A DNA stretch of 64,000 nucleotides, taken from the NCBI GenBank assembly GCA_043228905.1, contig JBHGNT010000005.1, positions 13,020,001 to 13,084,000 of the forward strand. The letters run 5' to 3'. The position numbers were made by a program, and so were the translations under genes. This DNA comes from Azolla caroliniana. Lineage: Eukaryota; Plantae; Polypodiophyta. Below, piece after piece: positions 10,977-21,961 of this stretch (position 1 is its first letter; the number at the start of each line of letters is the position of its first letter). The notes beneath the pieces are model-generated. The model was not told where the DNA came from and searched no databases. It saw nothing but the letters and a program-made list of their open reading frames with translations.

Positions 10977-13725
10977 CCGGATTAACCGTAAGAGCCTGAC
11001 AGATCAGGTATCTGCCATGCAAAGCCAAAAGGGGCAAGCTTCCCATTTCGAAATTCCTAACTGTTCACACGTCTTTGCACTAATCACATTAACGCTAGAG
11101 CCCCCGTCGATTATACAGCCTGTTATTTCCTACCCATGTAATACTAGCCTAATGGCTGGATTGTGGTGATCCACCACTATTGGTCCAGTGCTAGGTTCGG
11201 AAAAATTTGCTGAGATGTTTATACCAGGCCTGCCTATTATGCAATCTTCTATGGCTTGCCGAAATCGTGGAACTAGTTGAAGGATTTTTTCCATGGTCAT
11301 TGTTATTTCGCAGCCTGCCAATGCTTGCCATATGGGGGTCCGGGGATATTATGTTGTCCTCTATCGGCCCAACATTGTCTGCAGACTCCTATCGCATACG
11401 CGTCGTATTGGCCGCATTTGCTTTTTCTACCCATGCTTGGGCCGCTTTGCGTACCTCATCTTGTGCAGCCTAGTCAACATTCTTTGTTTGTTGCCGTATT
11501 GTGACCTGCTGAACTTCAGCCGTAATCGTATTTACGGCTGGTCCTTTTCCCTTGCGCAATGGACATTGAGTTGCGTAATGTCTGGGCTATTGGCAGACAA
11601 AACAATGTACACTGGACTCTCCTTTCTCTGCAGCTGGCGGCAGATTCCTATCCCCAAGTGTCCCTAGCTCCTCCTGGTCTTATTGCATTCTCCTGGAATT
11701 CCAGGATGTTTGCGGTTGGTCCCTGCGTGACTCCTAGCACCGGTCATCCTCCGAACTTTCGTCGTAACGCCATTGGTCCCTATACTGACGATGTTTTCTG
11801 TGGGAGCGAGGCCAATTGAATCCACCACGCCTGTTCGTCGAACGGTGGTTGTCGTAACGACGCCCTCCTTTATTATAATAGTGGTTGCCCCGATCTTCTT
11901 TGTCCTCTGGCTCCTCTTCATCAGAATCGTTGTTATTCCGGCGATTACCGTAGTGCCGGTCATCATGTGGATTTCGATCCGTATATCGGGGTCGTTCTTC
12001 TTGGCGCCTTTGATCATTTCGGCGGGGTGGTCGTTATGGTTCCACACGTCGTACTGTGGGTGTAGATCTGTTCAGCATATTGTATTCACACTGCTCGACC
12101 GTGTGTGCCTTTGAGTGATAAATTGGGTAGTGAATTCGCATATTGCATTCCACCGCGGAATGCCCGTAATTGAGGCAAATTGTGCATTGAATAGCTTGAC
12201 GAAAGTGGTGTTCCTCGTCCTCAGGCAACGCTTGTCGTAACAAGAACAGAGAAAATCCTTCCTCCTCTTCGTCCAACTTAAGTTGTAATGCTCGCTCAAT
12301 GACCATGTCGGATGTTTCTCCTTTCACACTACGTGTGTTGAGCGTCGTACTGATAGGTCGCCGCAGGGATGCCAAAAACGTCTCCCTAGCCTCGTCATTT
12401 GTCGGGGCCCATTCTAATTTCCGTTGTATATTTTGGAAATGTAAGCTAAAGTCCACGACAGATTCTACTAGCAGCTGCTTGATTGTGTAGAACTGCCCGA
12501 TGATTTCGTGTTGAGATACCCTTCGATGAAAAAATCGCAAAAATGCTTACTACAACAAGTCGAAGGTGTTGATTACTGGTAGATCCATATGTGAATGCCA
12601 AAACGCGGCTCTACCATCCAGAGTTTAACCAAACTCTGTCATCTTTGACTGGTGCGCTTCCTCTTCTGGAAGTCGTTGCGCCATGTTGTTCGTGTTCCAA
12701 ACGTTTAGGAATAGCCGGATGTGGCTTGCGGCATCTGTTCGCCATTAAAGCATGGGTAGGAGAAGGCCATTCCAGACGCTATGGTGGGCAGGGGAAGATC
12801 ACGGTACTCGTGTCATGACAAAACTTTCTGCTTGACGTCACGGTGTTGGGTGAGCATGGAATCAACTTTGTGGTCCGGATAGATATCATTGAGGCGAGGT
12901 TTTTGCCTTGCACGCTCCTTTGTCTGGTGTGTGATGGACCTCGTGAGTGGTCAGTCTTGTCAGGTCGGTTCTCTGGGCCGTCTACAACTAGACATCCATC
13001 CCCTGTTGTTCGTCTACGAGAAATCACAGATCACTAGGCTTGTCAAACGTGTTACCGATTAGGAACATTGTCTACACCTAGTCCTTCGAGGTAGACCTCA
13101 GGGTGACCGTGTTACAAGGAATCGAACCGTCCTATGGTAAATCGTAATGGGATACCACCTCGTATCCTGGTAGTGTATAAGGGAGACGGCTACAACTGAA
13201 CTCCTCAGGAAGTGCACTAGTATACGCACTTACGCTTACACACACTTACGATTAACAGTACGCAACAGAGAACAATGGATTGTCAGATAGATAGACACAG
13301 AAATGCACAAAGATCAGAGAAGATAGGATTCTATTAGAAAACGTCCTGCACTCAAAATTACATGCTACCTCTTACAGAGGATTTCTGCCCTTTATATACA
13401 CATGGCATTTAGTCGTTCATGCTTCCCGCGTGAACCGTTACATTCGCTTCTTAACGCTTTACTATATTATAATATTTCTACGCTTCTGTCCGTCGGTTAC
13501 GATTCCGGCGAACACCAGAGGCCGCCCAAGCATACTTGAACCATGTCATCTTCGTTGAAGATTATGTTGATGGAGCCAAGCGAGTCACAAATGCTCCTGA
13601 TCTTGGTGGTGTAGTCTGACACGGACATGTGTCAGGAACAGTACTAAGACAGAGAAGTATTGTTAGGAACAATACTAAGATAGAGAAGGAATTAGCACTA
13701 AAAGATGAGGATTAGTATTAAGGGA

Positions 13726-16268
13726 ACCTGCATGGCACTTAACCATTTTTGGCTGTGGGTGTCTTCCTTCGCTTCTTCGAAGCTTTCCGGCTCCCCCTCA
13801 TCGGTCAGCAGAACATGCTCTGCATCTGGAAATCTCCAGGGTGTCCTTCTCTCTCTAAGAGGATATCTCCGTCTCTGGGCTTCAGTGACCAGTTCATCCA
13901 TCTGCTCTTCATCCGAATCCGATTCGGGGTCTGGGCCGGTTCCGGTTTCAGCTTCCTCTACTTCTTCTTCAGCCTGTTCGGTATCCTCACCGTAACCGGC
14001 TGGTTCCTCGAGTGCTAACAGGTCTCTTGTCGGTTGGGACTGCTCATCGTAGAGTTGATCCTTGCCGGTCGACTCGAAGTTCATTATCTTCTTCTCCGAC
14101 TCCCAGTCGGCGAGCGTCTTGTTCTCCATGAAGATAATATCTCGACTCTGGAATACCTTCTTGTCGACCAGGTCCCACACTCGGTAGCCGAACTCATTGT
14201 CACCGTAACCGAAGAATATGCATGGCCGGGTCTTTGGATCTAACTTTCCCCTCTGGTCCTTAGCTACATGCACGTACGCGAGACACCCGAACACCTTCAG
14301 ATGCCGGTAGGACACTTCCTTACCTGTCCACACTCTCTGTGGCGTGTCTCCGTCCAAGGGTACTAAGGGTGATCTATTTATCACATATGTCGCCATCGAC
14401 AGTGCCTCAGCCCAAAACTTCTTGGGTAGTTTTGCATGCGCTAGCATACTCCGGACCCTCTCCATTATGGTCCGATTCATCCTCTCGGCCAGTCCGTTTA
14501 GTTCCGGCGTCTTCGGCACGGTAAATTCGAGCCGGATTCCCTTCGAGCGGCAGTACTCCTCGAACTGCCCCCGGTATTCTCCTCCATTATCTGCTCGAAC
14601 CGCCTTTAGCTTCCGGCCGGTTTCTCTTTCCACTCTCGTGTGGAGCTCTTTGAAGACGGATAACACCTGATCCTTCGTCTTCAACGGTGTGGCCCACAGC
14701 TTCCGGCTGTGGTCATCTATGAACGTCACGAAGTACTGCGCTCCGGCATGTGACTTCGTGTCTACTTGACACACATCCGTATGCACCAACTCCAGTGGTG
14801 CATTATGTCTCATCGGTGGCCTTGGTCGGAAGGAGGTCCGGTTCTGCTTGTCGGCCAGACAATCAATGCACTTCTCTAAGTGCACGTTCTTCACTGGAAT
14901 GAGGTTGTCGTCTGCAAGCCTCTTCATCCCCTTCTCGCTCATATGACACAGCCTCTTGTGCCACAGCTCACCGGCAATGTCGGATGCCACGTTCACTTCT
15001 TCCGGGCATAACCGAGCATTCATCAGGTACAATGTGTTTACCTTCCGGGCCCGAGCCACAATCAGGATCCCTTTGCTGAACTTCATGACGCCGTTCCGGA
15101 TGCTACCCGTGTAGCCCTCATCATCTAGCCGACCGGCTGATATCAGGTTCAGTCGAACCTCTGGAACGTGTCGGACATCCCTCAGCAGCAACCTGCATCC
15201 GGTTGGTGTTGACAGCCACACGTCTCCTATGCTGACAATTCGGCATGTACCTTCATTCCCCATCCGGACACAGCCGTGATCACCGGCTGAGTAGGATGAG
15301 AAGCATTTCCGGTCCGGGGTAAGGTGGAACGACGCTCCGGAGTCTACCACCCAGGTCATCTCGTCGCCGACAAGCTTTATCTCACTCTCCTCAGTGATGA
15401 GCATCAACTCCTCTTCACTTGCCGCGATTGCCGTCGTTCCCTTCCGGTCCGGTCCCCTACGGTCTTTACCGTTCTGGTCCGGTGTCCGCTTCGAATCGGT
15501 GCCGTCGATTTCCTTGTCTTTACGAAAGTGCCGACAGTTCTTTTGGAAGTGTCCCAGCTTGCCGCAATAGAAGCAAGTAGGCCTCCCCCTTGACTTTGAC
15601 CGTGTCCCCGACTTCTCCCGGTTCTGGGGACTACGGTTTCTATGTCTTCCGCGTTCCGATTCGGTAAGGAGCGCTTTGGAGTCGGAGCTCGTATCCTTAT
15701 CTTTCCGACGCGCCTCCTCATCTAGCAGGCTCGACTTTACTCTTGCTAGAGATAACCGTTTTCCTTCCGGCCCGGCGTTGCCCAAAGTGACAACCAACGT
15801 CTCCCAGCTATCCGGGAGGGAACCGAGCAGGAGTAGCGCTAGTACCTCATCGGCGAGAGGTACTTCCAATGAAGTTGCCTGGTGGATCAGCCCCTGGAAG
15901 GCATTCATGTGCTCCGCCATGCTGGAGCCATCTTGGTACCGGAGTCTTACTAGCTTCCGGAATACCGAAACTTGATTAACAACATTTTTGTTCTGAAACA
16001 TTATGCCGATCTTCTCCCAGAGCTCATGAGCCTTGCTCTCTTCATTGAAGTTGTTGTACAGGCTCATGTCGATGAAGCACCGTATGTACGCCGTTGTCTT
16101 CATGTGCATCACCTCCCATATCGCAGCGTCGATTTTGTCTGGTCTCTTGTCCCCGAACTGAACCGGCAGCCAGAGGTCTTTAACCACGAGCATGTCCCTC
16201 ATCTTCGACTTCCACACTAAATAGTTGGAGCCGGGGAGCTTGAACATGCCGCCAAACGATCCGTCCAT
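13726..16268 (-). CDS. Truncated Copia gag-pol (Tnt1/Tork-like), lacking RT and RNase H
   Basis: CFYCGKLGHFQKNC, WVVDSGAS, LVHTDVC, RADNGGEY, NGLAER; the last residues of the listed ORF are read from the chromovirus LTR. Confidence 0.85.
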
Positions 16269-16589
16269 TTTCTGTGTCGTTTCGCTCTAATACCACTTGA
16301 CGGGAACTCAAGGCTCCTTATGCACAACGCTCGGCCACAACCAAGCTTAGACTCATACACAGAAGAAACAGGAAACGAAAAGACGCGACACAAAGGAGAA
16401 GAATAAAATAAAATAAAATTTGTACGCAGGATGTTTAACGTGGAAAACCCCAAACTAGGGAAAAAACCACGACAGCCCACAGGCTGCAAACTATCACTAG
16501 GTTAGTATGTACAGCAGTGAGTTCATGGAGGCAACGACCTCGTGCTCACGATCTTCGCCACAAGCGGCGGTTACAGCAGAGGCAACAAG

Positions 16590-16626
<37 letters not shown>

Positions 16627-16796
16627 CACTGTTACGCGCACTAATCTCGTGCAAAACAAGAAATGACAACAACCATAACTAAAAGTTTGCCCTAAGTCAT
16701 ATTTATACTAATATGACTTTTCGGCTATTTACAAATATAGCCTCAATGGACTCTCAGAAACATATTTACGAATATGTCTCTTCATCCGATGAGCAT

Positions 16797-17010
16797 TCCT
16801 CACCGGGTCTGCACCATCCGGCTCTCCGTAGCCGGGTACTCCTCATCCGGTCCTCACCGGGTCTGCACCATCCGGCTCTCCGTAGCTGGGTACTCCTCAT
16901 CCGGTCCTCACCGGGTCTGCACCATCCGGCTCTCCGTAGCCGGGTACTCCTAATCCGGTCCTCACCGGGTCTGCACCATCCGGCTCTCCGTAGCCGGGTG
17001 CTCCTCATAC
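16797..17010. repeat. 54-bp tandem repeat x4 inside the Copia LTR
   Basis: Unit TCCTCACCGGGTCTGCACCATCCGGCTCTCCGTAGCCGGGTACTCCTCATCCGG, repeated almost exactly. Confidence 0.93.
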
Positions 17011-19921
17011 GGTTTCGGCCTCGGCCGAGTTTGTTCATCAACACTGTTCTTCTCCCTTCCCATCCGGAGGGACCTGTCTCCCAACACTATAGAGGCTAGA
17101 CATAGGAGTTTTCTTAGGGATATCTGATGAGCTTGGGAAAAATTCCTATCCATGAAGCAAGAATTAGCTCCGGAATCTAGGAGTGCTAAGACATGTACTG
17201 GAGAGGTACTTTTAGTACTAAGTGTTACTTGGGCTAAGAACCCATTGCTAACTTTCTTAGAGGGAATGGAACCACTAATGGGCTGCACAAATCTAGGGTT
17301 GTCCAACCAAATGGCTCCTATTTTGGCTGGACTTAGTCGTTTAACTCTTCTTCTAACTGACTAAGAACATCAAATTTATTTGATAGATTTGGGCTATTAG
17401 TACTATTAGGACTATCAAATATTCCTATTGAAATAGAGTCGGTTTTAGTACAATTAGAACTAGCAACTATTTGGTTTACCTATCTTCTTGGCCTATGGGG
17501 ACAGTTCACTGCAATATGCCCTGGTCCACCGCAATAAAGACATAGTCGATTTGCTCGGTGTCGCTGCTTTTCTTCTTCCGGTAATGGTCCGCAACGACAT
17601 GTAGTGTCAATTTCCATCGGAGTTGGAGTATTCACTAGAGACGCATTATATGACTCCCTTGGAAAAGGTTTTGCTACCACTCAGGCGTAGGTGGGCTCTG
17701 ATCTTGCCCTTGCCATCTGGAACTGACATTCCGAACGTCGTTCGAAAAGATTGTTGTCGCATCTCACCGCGCGGCTGATTGCTTCTATCAATGACTTTGG
17801 TTCTTCAGGGAAGGTCAAGAGTAAATCCTTGACATCGTTATGTAGACCATAATGAAATTGCTCCATTAGTGCTTGGTCATCCCAAGCGATATCGGAGGCG
17901 AGTAGGCGGAGATCTGCAGCGTATGCGGAGGCTGGACAATCAGCTTGACGTAATCATCGGATTTTGTTGATTGTTGTTCTTATGCTGTCAGTATCTCTTC
18001 AAAATTGTTTAGTAAAGGAGATTTCTATTCTAACAATGGAGTGAACCATGCCAAAGCTAAGCCACTTAACTACATGCCTACTAAACCCACTCGTGATGCA
18101 TCGATGGGATATCGGGAAGGATGCATTTGAGTGATTAATCGTATCTGATTAAGGAATCCTCTAACATGTGATTGTGTTCCATCAAATTTCATGGGAAGGC
18201 CAATCTTGGGTTCTTTATGAATCCCTTGCATACAGGGTCCTTGTTGTTGCATCGCTAATGTGCTTGCTTCGAGCTGTTGCATGCGTAATGCTAGTTCCCC
18301 ATGTTGTTGCGTCTGATGCTTCTCTAAGGAGATTCGTTGAAGCTCTCCCAACAGTCGTTGATTTTCTTATTCCAATGCGAGAAACTTCTCTTTCAAGCAT
18401 TGCAACTCTGAGAAAACGGATTGTATTCTTGAGCGCTAAAAGTGGCCATGGTATGAAGGGAGCAAGAAGTAAGAAGATAAGGAAGAGAACGAAGGAGACA
18501 AAATCGGTTCAAACTGTCAAGAACAATACTAAGATAGAGAAGTATTGTTAGGAACAGTACTAAGATAGAGAAGGAATTAGTACTAAAAGATGAGGATTAG
18601 TATTAAGGGAGATGTAGAGCTCTCAAGAGAGGAAAGAGTGAGAGAGAGAGAGAATGATGATAACAAAAGATATATATTATGTTAAGAGAATATACAATAG
18701 TAGCTTAGGAGGCTTAAGACTGGCATTGAACCGATTTGGTTTGAAATAATTCCTTGTGCCTCCTTTTATAGTGTTCTCAGGAGTACTCCTGAAGTTTCTA
18801 GAATGTTCTAGAGAAATCTGGAATATACATCAATTTTCTATAGTAAAACTTAAAATAATATCCTTCATATTAAAACATATAGTCTAATGGTCAAGAGCTT
18901 GACCCATGTAACATAAGGTCATCGGTTTGAGTCTTGCCATATCATGACAACATTTCTTTTTGTTGAATGTTGTTCAACTCTTGTCGGAGTTAAAGCTTTT
19001 GGACAGTTATGTTGGTGGCGAACATTTTCTTTAAGTCCTCCCATGCTTCTTTAGGCGTCTTGGCATCTCGAATGTGGCTAAGCATGTGGTCATGGACACA
19101 TGTTGCCAAGCAATACATGACTCGACTCGTCGCTTGCTCCCATGTTGTGTAGTTGGCGTTCTTCAAGTCAGGTCGATTTTCTTATGCGTCATTGATGTAG
19201 CTCCAATACCCTTGGCCAACGAGGTATTGGGTCATCTTGTACTCCCAAGACGAATAATTGCTCCGGTCTAGCTTTTCACTAAGGAGTGAGCTACCCATTT
19301 TTGTGTTCATGTTGATTGTAGTGTCTTCCATTTTGCATTTCTTCCTTCGATCACGTACTCGTGCTACGTAGTAGCACTACGGTAGTGAATAGCCAGAATT
19401 TGTCGTCGGCGTTTTGAACACAAAATCACAGAGTCGGGTGGGCTTAATGGATGAGCTAAACCACATGCTCCGATACCATGCTAAGAATTAGGTAATTAAT
19501 TAAGCAAGGGTTAATTATTACCTAATTATGTGATGAAGTTAATAAGTGGAAGATTAAGTGATATGTGTGTATGTGTGTGAGAGGAAGAGAGAGAGAGAGA
19601 GATACACTTATGAACAACACAAGATGGGGGATGAGTAACTATATTAAATTAGCTTTATCATCATCAAATACAAAAATACCCACAATGAGGTATATATACA
19701 TCTTATGTGCAAAGGTGCACATGTGTGAGTAGAATATAAGTACTAAGGTATAAGTCCTATATTAAATGTACTTAGGAGTGGAGGATCTAGAATATCCAAC
19801 TAAGTACAAGGTCCTATTTAAGGCATTCTAGTCAACACTTCTAACTAGATTCTATCTTGGTAACTACGAAGTAACATGGTTGACTAAGTAACTAAACTAA
19901 GTTGAGCTTGATCTCTCAACA

Positions 19922-21961
19922 AAATGATACTACACATGCTAAATTATCTAGGACAATATTAACTGGCTCTGATTCTTCTATGATATTTCCAGAAGCAATG
20001 GGACGACCATCAATGACTACTACGGAGGCTGGGCAAGGGAGTTTTCTTAGGGATATCTTATGAGCTTGGGCAAAATTCCTATCCATGAAGCAAGAATTAG
20101 CTCCAGAATCTAGTAGTGCTAAGACATGTATTGGAGGGGTACTTTTAGTATGAACGGTTACTTTAGCTAAGAAAACATTACTAACTTGCTTAAAGGGAAT
20201 GGAACCACTAATGGGTTGCACAGATCTAGGGATGTCCAATCAAACGGATCCTATTTTGGCTGGACTTAGTTTTTTAACTCTTCTTCTAACTGACTAAGGA
20301 CATCAAATTTGTTTGATAGACTTGGGCTATTAGTACTAGTAGGACTATCAGACACTCCTACCGAAATAGACTCAGGTTTAGTACAAGAAAATATTTAATT
20401 TGCCTGTCTTCTTGGCCTATGTGGACAGTTTATTGCGATATGCCATGGTCCTGAACTGTAAAGACATAATCGATTTACTTGCATCGTTGCTTTTCTTCTT
20501 CCGACAATGTTCCACAACAACGTGTAGTGTCGATTTCCATCGGTGTTTGATTATTTGCCGGAGATGCATGATATGACTCCCTTGCAAATGATTTTGCTAC
20601 GATCGAAGCGTATGTGGGCTCCGACCTGGTCCTTGGCATTTGTAACTAGCATTCCTAACTTCGTTCGAAAAGCCGGTTATCACATTGTACCGCTCGACCG
20701 ATTGCCTCTGTGAGCAATATTGGTTCTTCGGAGAAAGTGAGGAGTAAGTCATTGACATCATTTCGCAGGCCATATCAAAATTGCTCCATCAATGCTTGGT
20801 CATCCCAGGGGATATCGGAAGCAAGTAGATAGAAATCTGCGGCGTAAGCGAAGGCTGACGATCACCTCGACGTAATCGTCAGATTTTGTTGATTGTCGTC
20901 CTTATGCTATTAGTATCTCCAAAACAGGCTTTAAACTCACTTATAAACTCTTCAAAGTTATTTAGTAAGGGAGAACTATTTTCCAACAACAAAGCGAACC
21001 ATGCCAAAGATAAGCTGCTCAATAACCTGCCTACTAGACCCACTCGTGATGCATCGGTGGGATATCGGGAAGGATGCATTTGAATGACTAATCGTACCTA
21101 ATTAAGGAATCCTCTGAACTGTGATCGCGTTCCATCGAATTTCATAGGAAGGCCGATCTTGGGCTCTTTATGAATCCCTTGAGTACTTGATCCTTGTTGT
21201 TGCAATGCTACAATAGTTGCTTCAAGTTGTTGCACGTGTAACGCTAACTCCCCATGTTGTTGTTGCAACTCCCCATGTTGTTGTTGTGCTTGCTTGCTGC
21301 TTTTCTAAAGAGATTTGTTAAAGATCCCCCAACAACCGTTCATTTTCTTGTTCCAATGCGACAAACCTTTCTTTGCAGCACTACAACTCCGAGAAAACAG
21401 ATTGGTATACTTGAGTGCTAACAATTGCCATAGTATCAGAGGAAGGAAGGATAAGAAGATTAGTATGAAGGGAAGGAGGGATACGAAGTTGAAGAGAAAA
21501 AATTGGTTCAAACTGTCAGGGATAGTACTAAAGGCAAGGAGAATTAGTACTAAAGGTAGAGGGATAGTACTATGAAGGGAAAGAGTGTGTGAGAACCAGG
21601 TGAGAGGAGAGAGACAGAGAGACAGAGAGAGAGAGAGAGAGATAATGATGACAACAAGAAGTATATTATATTATAAGAAGAAAGATACAAGAACAGCTAA
21701 GAGGCTTAAGATTGGCGTTGAACCGATTTGGTTCTTGATGATGCCATGTGCCTCTTTATATAGTGTCTTTAGAAATACTCTTGACATTTCTAGAATGTTC
21801 TAGAGAAATCTAGAATATACATGGATTGCCTAAGTGAAATAATAAATGGAAATAATATTTTTTGTATTACAACTTATAGCTTAATGATAAGGCTTCCGCC
21901 CATGTGCCACAAGATCATGGGTTCAAATCCTTTTGAAGCCATACCATGCTATATCATGACA
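19922..21961 (-). mobile_element. Tcn1-like chromovirus 5' portion (LTR 21514-21961, degenerate gag and protease)
   Basis: Paralogous to 17087-18949: HPSRYPTDASRVGLVG, ALLDSGANSCF; LTR TGTCA..TGACA. Confidence 0.85.

Larger units (their letters stand above)
1..13514 (-). mobile_element. Degenerate non-chromovirus Ty3/Gypsy LTR retrotransposon; host of two nested insertions; pol continues off the left edge
   Basis: Minus-strand RT start (DVFAWSHEDMKG..HKINL; ATWLSPIIVVPKKNGKIRVCVDYRKLN in 1-300), aspartic protease IDGGSSVNVI near 11085-11115, gag with tandem Zn knuckles (12034-12540), TG..CA LTR-like block at 13050-13514. Contains stops and frameshifts. Confidence 0.85.
13726..17086 (-). mobile_element. 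3'-truncated Copia element (LTR 16298-17086, PBS, gag-protease-integrase)
   Basis: PBS (reverse complement of TGGTATTAGAGC) at 16284-16295; ORF ends at the start of RT (WLSAMQ) where it joins the chromovirus LTR. Confidence 0.88.
13630..18949 (-). mobile_element. Tcn1-like chromovirus (Ty3/Gypsy), internally deleted, with nested Copia
   Basis: 5' LTR 18515-18949; 3' LTR remnant 13630-13725 with matching sequence; TSD-like ACATG/ACATT; gag KEPKIGLPMKFDG, CLYCGGPGHIAVNC, protease ALLDSGANSCF at 17087-18351. Confidence 0.82.
13515..19921 (-). mobile_element. Old Copia 5' portion (LTR ~19479-19921, PBS, gag) split by a chromovirus insertion
   Basis: PBS (reverse complement of TGGTATCGGAGC) at 19467-19478; gag ..LRQELNNIQQKE at 18950-19000 rejoins MSVSDYTTKIRSICDSLGSI at 13515-13629 when 13630-18949 is removed. 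Confidence 0.75.

Noticed and set aside
16713-17099. Repeat protein (SSPGLHHPALRSRVLLIR)x4
   Set aside because: It is a translation of the 54-bp tandem inside an LTR.
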